Shown here: positions 1 to 10,508 of the stretch, piece after piece
Layout of the letters: the number at the start of each line of letters is the position of its first letter
Position numbering within the stretch: the first letter of the stretch is position 1
Assembly (NCBI GenBank): GCA_040755455.1
Contig: JBFMAY010000001.1
Location: forward strand, 294,164 to 358,163
Source: Thermodesulfobacteriota bacterium
GTDB taxonomy: Bacteria > Desulfobacterota > Desulfobulbia > Desulfobulbales > SURF-16
DNA: 64,000 bases
Reading direction: 5' to 3'
Notes under the pieces: generated by a model
Database searches by the model: none
Seen by the model: the letters and a program-made list of their open reading frames with translations, nothing else
What the model was told of the DNA's origin: nothing
Position numbers and translations under genes: made by a program

Positions 1-2235
1 GCAGACCTCGTACAGGGCCTGCATCTCGTCCTCGCGCTCCTTTTTCGAGTCAAACAGGGCAATGGCCTGTTTGTCCCGGTCCCGGCCTCCATCAAAAATG
101 ACCTTGCCGTCAACGAGAATGCGTTTGACAAAGGAGGGTTCACGGTAATAGCCGTCAAGAAAGGCGTTGTACACCGCCAGCCACTGCTGCACCGGCACAT
201 CGGAGGAGCCGATGCCGAACGGCCAGAAACGGGCGTCCTCCCGGTTGTAGCGCAGGCCGATGCGGTCAAAGGCGAGCAGCAGCGAATTGCTGATCTGTTT
301 GTTGGAGTAAAGTCTGGCGAAAATGGTGTTGACCGACAGAACCTGGGCCTCCAACAGCGAATACTGCCGGCCCAGAAAGTGGTTCGCCCCCTGGCCTTCA
401 CCGTCATAGTTATACCAGTTGCGCGGCAGCCAGACCTCCCGGCCTTCACTTTCCACATATTTGTATTCCAGCGGTTTGTCGGCCAGCAGGGTCTGCAGGG
501 TGGCATTGCTGGTGGTCATGGCAAAATAGGCGATAACCGGTTTAATGGTTGAGGACGGGGTGATGGTGGCCTGTTTGTTCATCAGGTCGATGATGACCGG
601 CTCTCCCACGTCATCCGTGGCCACCGAGTCGCTTTCTCCCCTGATGAATTCCTTGCCGCCCACATAGGAAATGATCTCGCCCTGCTGGTTGATGATGATG
701 ATGCCGGCATTGACGTTGCGGTAAAGATCTGCCATGTAGCCGTCAAAATCGGCAAAAGGGGGCGTCATGTTCCTGTCCAGGTAGTACTGCAGGTCCTTTT
801 TCCAGGAATTTCTGTTCCTATCCTGCAGAATTTTGCGGTATTCGGGACTGTTGAGCAGGCTGGCGATGCTTTCCTTGCTTTTTTCCACCAGGGAGAGATC
901 CACCGCGGTTTCCACCAGCACATCGCCCCGTACATCAAGCATGAGCTGGGCGCCGGTAACGGTCTGGTCGTCTATGGAATAGGTGCGGGAGCAGACTTCC
1001 CTGATAACGTTCCAGGAGGCCCACTCTTCCTCGCCGTAAAGGGGGGACCGGTAATCCCTGAAGCCGATGGCCCGGATCGATTCTTCATCGGTGAGCCGCC
1101 ACTGCTGGTATTGTTCCGGGGTGATTTCCTGCAGAGCAAGCAGATAGCCCAGGGCCAGATTGATTTTGTTGATCGCCTCCCTGGCGTGGCGGAGCTGCTC
1201 CTTGTCCAGGTCGGTAAAATTCTTGCCCCTGACGATCTGGTAAAAGGCCAGCTGACGGTTATGATTGGGGATAAATGAGGCGATGGCCACAAGCTGCTGC
1301 AGGCTGAGTTCCGGCAGTTCCTTTTTGAAATAGTTCCGGGCCGCAACGCTGAAGCCGTACATGTTGCTGCCCACCGGCACCGTATTGATATAGAAGTCCA
1401 GGTTGGCGTCCTTGCCGAATTTGGCCACCATCATATAGGAAATGATGATCTCTTCGAGTTTATTGGCAATGGTCCGGTCGGAGTTGCCGAGAATCTTTTT
1501 GGCGTTCTGCATGACCACGGTGCTCGCTCCCCGGGGATGACCAAGCAGGGTGTCCTTGACCGCGCCGGCTAGATTGGGCCAGCTGACCCCGGTGTGGATG
1601 AGAAACAGATTGACATACCAGGGATTATTTTCATGGGGCATGAAGTAATGGTCTTCACAGGCGAGCAGGGCGAGTTTGGCCTTGAGGGGAATTTCCTTGA
1701 TAATATTGCGCTGGCCGTATGACTTGATCAGAGCGCCGCCGGTATCGACGATTTTGGCGGAATGGGCGTAAGTTGCCAGACTTTCGGGCAACCGCTGGAT
1801 CGGTGCCGTGTCATAAATTGATCTGGCGGCGAGAAATTCGATGATATGCTGGGTGGGACCGGGCAGAAAATTAATGAAAAAGAGCAGAGCGAGACAGATA
1901 GAGGTCCATTTGAGCAGGCGGGGCATCCAGTAGGTGACGAGAAAGATCATTCTCTTCACCGGATTTTCCCACGGGAAAACTATTTTTTTATGGGGATTCT
2001 TTTCCAGCTCCTTGAGATATTTATGGTAGCTCTCTTCGAGATGTTTGCTTTCCCGCAGCCCCTTCACTATTTTCTTTTCCGTTATCCCTCTGTTGATGTC
2101 GCTTTTGGAAAAGGTGTGCTGAAAGGCCTTATATTTGATGGCCTGTTGTTTTAAGATCTGCTGTTCGTTCTTTTCAGCCGGGCCGGCCTGGGCGTCGTGC
2201 TGATTTTTTTTTCTTTGCGGATCGGTGCTGGCCAT
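1..2235 (-). CDS. Class A penicillin-binding protein (transglycosylase/transpeptidase); 3' end lies outside the window
   Basis: Not in the ORF track; read manually from ATG at 2235. Shows a TM segment, transglycosylase motifs (ACEDHYF, RGASTVVMQ, RTIANKLEE, YINTVPVGSNMYG) and transpeptidase SxxK (PSSTIK) and SxN (LSVN). Confidence 0.85.
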   Translation of the reverse strand, partial: MASTDPQRKKNQHDAQAGPAEKNEQQILKQQAIKYKAFQHTFSKSDINRGITEKKIVKGLRESKHLEESYHKYLKELEKNPHKKIVFPWENPVKRMIFLVTYWMPRLLKWTSICLALLFFINFLPGPTQHIIEFLAARSIYDTAPIQRLPESLATYAHSAKIVDTGGALIKSYGQRNIIKEIPLKAKLALLACEDHYFMPHENNPWYVNLFLIHTGVSWPNLAGAVKDTLLGHPRGASTVVMQNAKKILGNSDRTIANKLEEIIISYMMVAKFGKDANLDFYINTVPVGSNMYGFSVAARNYFKKELPELSLQQLVAIASFIPNHNRQLAFYQIVRGKNFTDLDKEQLRHAREAINKINLALGYLLALQEITPEQYQQWRLTDEESIRAIGFRDYRSPLYGEEEWASWNVIREVCSRTYSIDDQTVTGAQLMLDVRGDVLVETAVDLSLVEKSKESIASLLNSPEYRKILQDRNRNSWKKDLQYYLDRNMTPPFADFDGYMADLYRNVNAGIIIINQQGEIISYVGGKEFIRGESDSVATDDVGEPVIIDLMNKQATITPSSTIKPVIAYFAMTTSNATLQTLLADKPLEYKYVESEGREVWLPRNWYNYDGEGQGANHFLGRQYSLLEAQVLSVNTIFARLYSNKQISNSLLLAFDRIGLRYNREDARFWPFGIGSSDVPVQQWLAVYNAFLDGYYREPSFVKRILVDGKVIFDGGRDRDKQAIALFDSKKEREDEMQALYEVC

Positions 2236-2563
2236 TTTTTTCGTGAAATTTCCTGGGCGGAGAGGTTTGCGGAGAGTTTTATTATTTTCTCTTCGTCTTC
2301 TGCAAATGTTCCGTGCTAAAATAAAACTGCCTGTTTCGGCAAGGATGCTTTCATCTGAATGAGTTTACTGTGTAACTTGTCGGACTTCAAATGAAAGTTA
2401 TTGAAAGATTTCTTTCAGTCCAGACGGCAACAGTCCGATAAAAAAGATATTGACCAGGCGCAATACCATTAGCTGCCGGTTTAGTGAAAAAAAATGCCCG
2501 CCGGCGGAAAACTTTGCCGCTTCAGTCTGTAAAAATGATGAAAACCGGGGATGTTTTATCAAC

Positions 2564-5209
2564 ATGATCGTTCGCTGCACGTGTGGATTTGCCAAGGAGA
2601 TCAGTCCCGGGCCGCAGGACAGGGATGTCCGCTGCCCTAAATGCCGTTCTCTGGTCAGGGTTCCCGGCCTGCAGTCCGGCGGGGACTTGACCGCGCTGTT
2701 TGCCTGCCGCCAGTGCGGTTTTTCCAAGAAACTGCCGGGACGCTATGTGGGCAGGACTTCGGCCTGTCCGCAATGCAAAACCCCGGCAACCGTCATCCTG
2801 CCGCCATCCGGTCCCCAAAAGGCCCCCTCAAAGGGCTCCTTATTATTTCTTGCCGTTTCCGCCTTGTTCCGCAGGCATTGGCAAGCCCTGCAAGCCAGGC
2901 CGCGGCCGCAGAAAATAGTGCTGGCCGTTTTCTCTCTGCTGATTGTTTCCGCTGCCCTTCTCGCTTATGTAAATGATCGCATGCCCGCCCTGTTCGCCAC
3001 CGGTCTGCCACCTGAGCTTGAGTACCGGCCTCTGCCTCTTGGCAAGCTGCCGGTCCAGTCTCCTGAATATACCCGCATGGTGGAGGTTGCCCGCATTCTC
3101 CAGTCATCCAGGAATCTCAAGGGCAAGGATCTGAGCGGCATCAACCTGTCCGCCATGGACCTGCGGGATGTGGATCTGCGGGACGCCAATCTCGAGAAGG
3201 CGGATCTGAGCAAGGCCGATCTGTTCAGGGCGGATCTGCGGCGGGCTAATCTCAAAGGGGCGAATCTGCAGTATACTGATTTGACTGAGAGTGTTCTCAA
3301 GGAGGCCGAGCTGGTTGAGGCGGCCATCAACAGGGCGGATTTGACCGCAGCCAATCTGACAAAGGCCAATCTTACCCGCGCCAATCTTACCCGCGCTAAT
3401 CTGCGCAGCGCTGTGCTCGCGGAGGCCAATCTGGCAGGGGCCATCCTGGTCGAGGCGGACTGCAGTATGGCCGACGCCAGCGGAGCGGATTTTGCCGGCG
3501 CCGATCTGACCAGGACCAATGTGCGGGAGATGAATTTCCGCAAGGCGCGGCTGGATGGGAGCAATCTGACCACCACTGATCTGCGGGGCGTTGATCTGTC
3601 CGACACCAGTCTCAAGGGGGCTGATTTTTCCAGGGCGAAACTGGCCGGGATACAGATGGTGGGGGCGGATGTTACCGGAGGAAAACTGTACGGCAGCGAT
3701 TTGCGCGGGGCCAATCTGACCCTGGCCAATTTTGCCGAAGCTGATTTGAGCACGGCCATGCTGCAGGGCGCCGTGCTGGAGAAGGCGCGGTTTTCCCGGG
3801 CGAATCTGCACCAGGCCCAGCTTGCCGAGGCCAAACTGCTGCGCACCGAACTGCGCCAGGCCAATCTGACCAGCGCCGTGCTGGACCGGGGTGACCTGAC
3901 CGGGGCACTGCTCACTGAAGCAAATATGACCAATGCCAGCCTGGTGGGAGCAAAAATTGCCAAAGCAGTGCTGGATAATGCCAATCTGACCGGGGCCAAT
4001 CTGCAGGGGGCAAGCCTCATTGATGAGGCCAGTCTGGTCAGGGCCAACCTGACCGGCAGCAACCTTGGTAAGGCGGACCTGAGCCAGGCCAATCTGAGCC
4101 AGGCCAACCTAACCGATGCCTCTCTGCAGGAGGCGCTGCTGCATCAGACGAATCTGCAGAATGCCTATCTGAATAATGCCAATCTCACCAACAGTGACCT
4201 GACCAGCGCGGACCTGACCAATGCCGACCTGAAAGGGGCCAATCTCACCGGCATCAATCTTTCCAGCAGTTTCAGCCTGAGTGTGCGCAACATGAGTTCC
4301 GCTCTTTTCGATGATATCCGCTTTATCCGCTTTGATCTGAGCAACGCCAATCTGACCAGCGCCAAATTGTCCTATGCGGATCTGCGCTATGTGGATTTTT
4401 CCAATGCCGATCTGACCAAGGCCGATCTGACCAAGGCCAATCTGGGCAGGGCCGATTTCCGCTGGGCCAATCTCACCGATGCCAACCTGACGGAGGCGGA
4501 GGTTGAGGATGCCATTTTCACCGATGCCGATCTTACCCGGACAAATCTCGACAAGGTTGCCTTGTCCCTTGCCGAGATACGGAACGCCAAGAATCTGAAC
4601 AGGGCGACCAATGTCGATGGCAATGAGTTGCAAAAAGTTGCGGAACAGGGCGGCGGCGAGGAGCCGCTGGCTGGCGGGGGTGAGACGGTTGCGGCGAAAG
4701 TCGCGGATGACGATCTGCCGGCAGGGGAGGATGGCCGGTCGGTCAAGATCTGGGGGCTCAAAATTGAACATTTCGGCCTGATCCGCCAACCCTTTAAAGA
4801 GGAGAAGGAGTTGAACGCCGCCTTTGCGAATTTAAGTGAAATTGAGGCAAATCTGGTGAAGCACCGCATGTTTGACGCAGGAGAGGCCGGGGTGCCGGCC
4901 CACAAAGGAATGGCAATGGGAGTGCTTTATTCGGTCAATTTCATGCCGGGCAATCAGGAGATCCCGGTTACCATCAAATGGCTGAGTCCGGATAAAAAGG
5001 TCGTCGGCAGCGAATCAGCCAGCGCCGGTTATTGCCGGCGCCAGGTGGCGTCCTACAGTTTTGCCGGCGACGGCGAGCCCCAGCCGGGTTCCTGGCTGGT
5101 GGAGTTCTACTATAAGAACCGCAAAATCGGCAGCCAGGAAATAGCTGTCATCTCTGCCGAGCGTTTTGCTGAACGCAGCAGGCGGCTGGAGGCGGGACGC
5201 CGGGAGTAG
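2564..5209 (+). CDS. Membrane-anchored pentapeptide-repeat protein with N-terminal Zn-ribbon-like Cys pairs
   Basis: CTCG/CPKC and CRQC/CPQC pairs, one TM helix, ~500 aa of A(N/D)Lxx repeats and a C-terminal beta-rich domain. ATG 2564 preferred over TTG 2450. Confidence 0.85.
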   Translation: MIVRCTCGFAKEISPGPQDRDVRCPKCRSLVRVPGLQSGGDLTALFACRQCGFSKKLPGRYVGRTSACPQCKTPATVILPPSGPQKAPSKGSLLFLAVSALFRRHWQALQARPRPQKIVLAVFSLLIVSAALLAYVNDRMPALFATGLPPELEYRPLPLGKLPVQSPEYTRMVEVARILQSSRNLKGKDLSGINLSAMDLRDVDLRDANLEKADLSKADLFRADLRRANLKGANLQYTDLTESVLKEAELVEAAINRADLTAANLTKANLTRANLTRANLRSAVLAEANLAGAILVEADCSMADASGADFAGADLTRTNVREMNFRKARLDGSNLTTTDLRGVDLSDTSLKGADFSRAKLAGIQMVGADVTGGKLYGSDLRGANLTLANFAEADLSTAMLQGAVLEKARFSRANLHQAQLAEAKLLRTELRQANLTSAVLDRGDLTGALLTEANMTNASLVGAKIAKAVLDNANLTGANLQGASLIDEASLVRANLTGSNLGKADLSQANLSQANLTDASLQEALLHQTNLQNAYLNNANLTNSDLTSADLTNADLKGANLTGINLSSSFSLSVRNMSSALFDDIRFIRFDLSNANLTSAKLSYADLRYVDFSNADLTKADLTKANLGRADFRWANLTDANLTEAEVEDAIFTDADLTRTNLDKVALSLAEIRNAKNLNRATNVDGNELQKVAEQGGGEEPLAGGGETVAAKVADDDLPAGEDGRSVKIWGLKIEHFGLIRQPFKEEKELNAAFANLSEIEANLVKHRMFDAGEAGVPAHKGMAMGVLYSVNFMPGNQEIPVTIKWLSPDKKVVGSESASAGYCRRQVASYSFAGDGEPQPGSWLVEFYYKNRKIGSQEIAVISAERFAERSRRLEAGRRE

Positions 5210-5244
5210 GGCGCACCATCGTCCCGCTCCATGGGCATCAGCTG

Positions 5245-6447
5245 CTACATGGCCTCTGACAGCGCCATGACCATGGCGCCTTTGGCGGTGGTGTTCAGCG
5301 GGTCATCCGCAATACGGATGCCGGAAATAGGGATGGGGAGACTCACTTTTCCCAGGCTTCTCTCGAACAGATCCTGGAAGCCTTTGGGCAGCACTGTGCC
5401 GCCGCTCAGCACAATGGGCACCGGATTGGCGATTTTCGGGATCTTGTCGCTCTTCTTCATCACCTTTTCCAAGGTGTCGAGCAGGGTGGAAACCAGATCG
5501 ACATAGTAAATGTCAAGAGCGGTTTCAATGCGGTCCTTGGGTGGCCTGGCGAGGTTCAGTGAGCTTTCCTTGATGGTTTTTATTTTTGTCGCCGGCTCGC
5601 CCAGGGACACGCCGACCATGGTATCAATGTAATCGCCGCCCTTCTGGATGCTGAAACTGATGACCGGCACGGAGAGGTAGGAGAGGCAGATGTTGCACAT
5701 GCCGCCGCCCATGCTGATGCCGATGCCGGTGAAGTTGTCGTTGGCCAGCTCGGCCATGATGGTGGCCAGCCCCTCGTTGATGGAAATGGGCCGGTAGCCC
5801 AGGCTGGTCAGATACATTTTCAGGATCGATTCGTGGTAGACCACCGAGTTGAGCCCGTCCACCGGCTCGCCGGGGAGGCTGAAACAGACGATTTCGCCGG
5901 TCTTGTCGGGCCGGGTGATCAGGGTGTCGATAATGGCCTGCAGGACATTGATGCCCTCATCCTCTTTGGCGCTCAACAGCCCTTTTTCCATGGTTCGCCG
6001 GGTGTTGGTGTTGAACATGTTGGCGAAGTTTTCCGCTGAATAGCCCAGAATATAGAACTGGTTGTGTTTTTCCAGAAAGGTAATGTTGTTTTCAACAAGA
6101 ATTTTTTTGGTGAATTTGGAGTAGGGCACGGTAAAAAAGGCATTGAGCTGTTTGACCGTGTAAATGTTCTTGCCCTTGTTCTGCGACATGACGATATGGC
6201 TGGTGCCGATATCAAGGCCGATGGGGCCGGTCGGCTTTTCAGCTTCTTCGCCGATCTCTTTTTCCCTTGAAACAACCATCTTCTGTGATGCCTCAATAGC
6301 GGTCTCAATATGTTCCATATCCTGTACCATGCTCGTTCCCCCTTCATCACTGTCAATTATGGGACTTGGTTGCATTACGCTTGTGGTAGAGGGCGGCGAA
6401 AAGCGATTAATGGCCAAGTGTTTTTTCTTTTTTTTGAATTGCGACAT
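5245..6447 (-). CDS. Actin-like ATPase resembling haloarchaeal volactin
   Basis: Actin-fold motifs GLDIGTS, INEG, GISMGGGMCN, KGGDYID and VLSGGT. Alternative start at 6330. Confidence 0.8.
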   Translation of the reverse strand: MSQFKKKKKHLAINRFSPPSTTSVMQPSPIIDSDEGGTSMVQDMEHIETAIEASQKMVVSREKEIGEEAEKPTGPIGLDIGTSHIVMSQNKGKNIYTVKQLNAFFTVPYSKFTKKILVENNITFLEKHNQFYILGYSAENFANMFNTNTRRTMEKGLLSAKEDEGINVLQAIIDTLITRPDKTGEIVCFSLPGEPVDGLNSVVYHESILKMYLTSLGYRPISINEGLATIMAELANDNFTGIGISMGGGMCNICLSYLSVPVISFSIQKGGDYIDTMVGVSLGEPATKIKTIKESSLNLARPPKDRIETALDIYYVDLVSTLLDTLEKVMKKSDKIPKIANPVPIVLSGGTVLPKGFQDLFERSLGKVSLPIPISGIRIADDPLNTTAKGAMVMALSEAM

Positions 6448-6598
6448 TGGCGGTTACCTGCTACCACAATATACCTTGTAGAAGCGAAAATATTGCGTAT
6501 AATTTTGCTGCTAGACTGGTAGTTTCCTTTATATATAGTATCAATCCTTGATTATAAACAAAATTTTTACTTTGTTTCAAATATTTATCGATTAATCC

Positions 6599-9500
6599 AT
6601 GAGAAATTCCATATCCTACCCGGAAGTTCTGCCCATTAGTTCCGAAAAAGAGCGTATCATCGAGACAATACGCAATCACCAGGTAGTGGTCATTGCCGGT
6701 GACACCGGTTCCGGGAAAAGCACCCAGATTCCCAAGATGTGTCTTGCGGCGGGACAGGGCGAGAAAAAACTGATCGGCTGCACCCAGCCCCGGCGTCTTG
6801 CCGCCACCTCCGTTGCCACAAGGGTCCGCGAGGAGCTCGGCGCCCTCAGTCATCTGGTCGGCCACAAGATACGCTTCAGCAACCAGACCGGTCCGGCCAC
6901 CCGCATCAAGTTCATGACCGACGGCATCCTGCTGGCCGAGACCCAGCACGATCCCGACCTGCGCGCCTATGATACTATTATAATCGATGAAGCCCATGAG
7001 AGAAGCCTTAATATTGATTTTCTGTTAGGAATTCTCAAAAAAGTCCTGAAAAAAAGAGCTGATCTGAAGATCATCATCACTTCGGCCACCATTGATACGG
7101 AGAAATTTTCCAGGGCCTTTGATGGGGCTCCGGTCATTGAGGTGAGCGGCCGGACTTTTCCGGTGGAGATCCGCTATGCCGTGGCGGATGATGTGGGGCG
7201 GGCAGAGTCCGCCGCCCAGGACCTGGGCTATGTGGAACAGGCTGCTCAGGCGGTGCTTGACCTGTGCCGTGCCGGGGCGGGCGGCGACATGCTGGTGTTC
7301 ATGCCCACGGAACGCGACATCCGCGACACGATTGAACTGCTGGGCAGGCTCTTTCGTAACGAAGGACCCGGCTCCCGCATCAAGGAAAGGACCCCCGAGA
7401 TGCTGCCGCTGTTCGGCAGATTATCCGGCGCCGACCAGAACCGTATCTTTGCCAGGAGCACGGCACGCAAGATCGTGGTCTGCACCAATGTGGCGGAGAC
7501 CTCGGTCACCGTGCCCGGCATCCGTTATGTAATCGATACCGGGCTTGCCCGCATCTCGACCTACAATGTCAGGGCGCAAACCACCAAGCTGCCGGTCAGC
7601 CCCATATCGCGGGCCAGCTGCGACCAGCGGGCCGGCCGCTGCGGCCGGGTGGGGCCGGGTATCTGCGTCAGGCTTTACAGTGAAGAGGACTACCTGGGGC
7701 GGCCGGAGTTCACCCTGCCGGAAATCGTCCGGGCCAATCTGGCCGAGGTCATCCTGCGCATGATTGCCCTTGCCCTGGGCAGCCCGAAAAAATTTCCCTT
7801 TATTGATCCGCCCGCGCCAAGGGCAATTAACGACGGCTATCAGCAGCTGACCGAGCTTGGCGCCATTGACCGCAACCGGCGACTGACCGAACGGGGACGG
7901 ATCATGGCCGGTCTGCCCCTTGATCCCCGCATCAGCCGGATGATTGTCAGTTCCCGGGAAAACGGTAGCCTGCGGGAGGTGGTGATCATCGCCGCCGCCT
8001 TAAGCATTCAGGACCCCCGGATCCGGCCGGCGGAAAACACCCGGGAGGCTGATGCGGCCCATGCCCGCTTCCGCTCCGAGCGTTCCGATTTCCTCTCCTA
8101 TCTCCATCTGTGGGACCTTTATGATGAGCTGGTCCGCGCCAAGAGGAGCAGATCCGCCCTGGGCAAATTCTGTAAAAATAATTTTCTGGCCTATCAGCGC
8201 ATGCGGGAGTGGCGGGATATCCACGAGCAGATCTGGGCACAGCTCGCCACGGCGGGCAACAGCAAGGAGCATCATCTTTTCCTCAAATCATCCTGCCTGG
8301 CCGCGCTTGAGGTTGACCAGGAAAAGAAATACGCCAGGGGCTATGACCAGATCCACCAGGCGATTCTCGCCGGCAATCTGCGCAATATCGGTCTGAAAAA
8401 GGAAAAGAATATTTACCAGGGAGGGCAGGGCAAGGAGTTGATGATTTTCCCCGGTTCCGGCCAGTTCAACCGGGCCGGCCAGTGGATCATGGCCGCGGAA
8501 CTGGTGGAAACCTCCCGGCTGTATGCCCGCACCGTGGCAGGCATCAAGCCGGAGTGGCTTGAGCCCCTGGCCGGGGAGCTGTGCCGTTTCAGCTACTCCG
8601 CCCCTCACTGGGAGAAGAGGTCCGGCCAGGTAACGGCTCTGGCCAAGGTGACCCTTTTCGGGCTGGTCATCGAGGCCAACCGGCGGGTAAACTTCGGGCC
8701 GCTCAAACCGGAGGAGGCCAGGCGGATTTTTATCCAGTCCGCCCTGGTGGAAGGGGAGTGCGGCGGCCATTTTGACTTTCTGGAAAAAAACCAACAGCTG
8801 ATTGCCAGCCTGGCGGACCTGGAAGACCGCATGCGCCGCCGCGATATCCTGGTGGATGATTTCCTGCTCTATGAGTTCTATGACAAACGGTTGCCTGCCG
8901 ATATTTTTGACCGTGCCGGTCTCATCCGCCTGGTGAAAAAAAACAAAGGGGATGATTTCCTGCGGATGCGGCGGGAGGATGTCCTCCGGCAGCTGCCTGA
9001 ACGGGATGAACTGGCCGATTTTCCGCAGAAGATCCATTGCGGCGAGCTGACCCTGCCGCTCAGTTACTCCTTTACCCCGGGTGAGGAAAATGACGGGGTG
9101 ACGGTAAGTATCCCCGCTGATCTGACCGGCTATGTCCAGGCCGAAAAATTGGAGTGGCTGGTGCCCGGTCTGCTGCTTGAAAAAATTATCTTCCTACTCA
9201 AAGGACTGCCCAAGTCCATCCGCCGCCAGCTCATTCCCATCCCGCGTATCGCAGGTGAACTGCTGCCACAGCTCAGGCCTTATGAGGGGTCACTTTATCA
9301 GCAGCTGGAAGATGCGATCTTCCGCAGGTTCCGGCTGCAGATTGACCGGAGCGCCTGGCCCCGGGACGCTCTGCCGGAGCATCTTAAGATGCGCTGTCAG
9401 CTCGTTGACGGGACGGGCAAGCCGGTTGCCGGCAGCCGCGACTTTGCCGCGCTGGCCAGAAGTCCGGCCCAGGGGGGCGGCAGTCCACAGTTTGCGGCAT

Positions 9501-10432
9501 TGCGCGGGAAATGGGAAAAGACCGGGGTGCAGGATTGGGATTTCGCCGGGGTGCCGCAGCGCATCACCATTAAGGATAAGGAGGACAAGCTGGCCGGTTT
9601 CGCCTACCCCGGCCTTGCGGCTGAGGATGACGGCAGTGTGGCCCTGCGTTTATTTGCTGATGCTGAGGAGCGGCGGCAACGGACCGCGGCGGGTTTGCGC
9701 GCCCTCTACTGTCTGCAGTTGGCCAGGCAGTGCAAGGCCCTGCACAAGGACCTGGTCCTGCCCCGGACAAGCTGGCCGCTCTATGAGGGGATCGCCTCCC
9801 ATGAAGAGTTCCATGATCAGCTGTTTTGCTTTGTGCAGGACGAAATTTTCCAGTGCCGCCTTGGGCTGATCCCAGGCCAGGAGGAATTTGCCAAGCGAAT
9901 TCAGGCTGTGACGGCCGAGGGACTACATGGGCCGGCCATGCAGATCATGCAGCAGGTGGTCGAGGTGTTACAGGAGAGAAGAGCCGTGCTTGATTTCATT
10001 GCCGAGATGGAGCACACCTGCCGCGGCAAGAGCAAACTCGGGGTAACCCTGGCCGACTGCCGCCTTTTTCGGCAGGAGGTGGCGGAGCTGCTGCCCCCTT
10101 GTTTTCTGCAGGAATCCAACCTCGGTGAACTGCGCCGTATTCCCCGTTATCTTAAGGCCATCCGTATCCGCCTGGAGCGGAAAATTCAGAACCCGGTCAA
10201 GGACGCGGAAAAGGCAGCCCAGCTGGCCGTACACCAGGAAAGGCTGCAGCAATTGCTTGGGCGGGACGGACTTTCCGCCGAGCAGTTGCAGCTGGTCAGG
10301 GAGTTTGCCCTGATGATCGCGGAATTCAAGGTTTCGCTCTTTGCCCAGGAGCTGAAAACCGCCTTCCCCGTCTCGGCCAAGCGCCTTGACAGGGTATGGC
10401 TGGAAACGAAAAAGGCCGTTGAACATGGCTGA
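6599..10432 (+). CDS. hrpA: ATP-dependent RNA helicase HrpA
   Basis: GDTGSGKST, TQPRRLAA, DEAHERS, SAT, TNVAETS and QRAGRCGR motifs; 1277 aa with an HrpA-type C-terminus. Confidence 0.95.
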   Translation: MRNSISYPEVLPISSEKERIIETIRNHQVVVIAGDTGSGKSTQIPKMCLAAGQGEKKLIGCTQPRRLAATSVATRVREELGALSHLVGHKIRFSNQTGPATRIKFMTDGILLAETQHDPDLRAYDTIIIDEAHERSLNIDFLLGILKKVLKKRADLKIIITSATIDTEKFSRAFDGAPVIEVSGRTFPVEIRYAVADDVGRAESAAQDLGYVEQAAQAVLDLCRAGAGGDMLVFMPTERDIRDTIELLGRLFRNEGPGSRIKERTPEMLPLFGRLSGADQNRIFARSTARKIVVCTNVAETSVTVPGIRYVIDTGLARISTYNVRAQTTKLPVSPISRASCDQRAGRCGRVGPGICVRLYSEEDYLGRPEFTLPEIVRANLAEVILRMIALALGSPKKFPFIDPPAPRAINDGYQQLTELGAIDRNRRLTERGRIMAGLPLDPRISRMIVSSRENGSLREVVIIAAALSIQDPRIRPAENTREADAAHARFRSERSDFLSYLHLWDLYDELVRAKRSRSALGKFCKNNFLAYQRMREWRDIHEQIWAQLATAGNSKEHHLFLKSSCLAALEVDQEKKYARGYDQIHQAILAGNLRNIGLKKEKNIYQGGQGKELMIFPGSGQFNRAGQWIMAAELVETSRLYARTVAGIKPEWLEPLAGELCRFSYSAPHWEKRSGQVTALAKVTLFGLVIEANRRVNFGPLKPEEARRIFIQSALVEGECGGHFDFLEKNQQLIASLADLEDRMRRRDILVDDFLLYEFYDKRLPADIFDRAGLIRLVKKNKGDDFLRMRREDVLRQLPERDELADFPQKIHCGELTLPLSYSFTPGEENDGVTVSIPADLTGYVQAEKLEWLVPGLLLEKIIFLLKGLPKSIRRQLIPIPRIAGELLPQLRPYEGSLYQQLEDAIFRRFRLQIDRSAWPRDALPEHLKMRCQLVDGTGKPVAGSRDFAALARSPAQGGGSPQFAALRGKWEKTGVQDWDFAGVPQRITIKDKEDKLAGFAYPGLAAEDDGSVALRLFADAEERRQRTAAGLRALYCLQLARQCKALHKDLVLPRTSWPLYEGIASHEEFHDQLFCFVQDEIFQCRLGLIPGQEEFAKRIQAVTAEGLHGPAMQIMQQVVEVLQERRAVLDFIAEMEHTCRGKSKLGVTLADCRLFRQEVAELLPPCFLQESNLGELRRIPRYLKAIRIRLERKIQNPVKDAEKAAQLAVHQERLQQLLGRDGLSAEQLQLVREFALMIAEFKVSLFAQELKTAFPVSAKRLDRVWLETKKAVEHG

Positions 10433-10508
10433 TAGTCGGCCCGCGATTACCTGATTCCGGCAGAGTTGCCGTTGCTGGCAACATGGGAATTCAAGCAGCG
10501 TGCCTCTC

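Noticed and set aside
2965..4905. Long minus-strand ORFs (380, 235, 226 and 172 aa)
   Set aside because: Antisense shadows of the repetitive pentapeptide gene.
6461..6997. 178-aa minus-strand ORF
   Set aside because: Antisense to the hrpA N-terminus.
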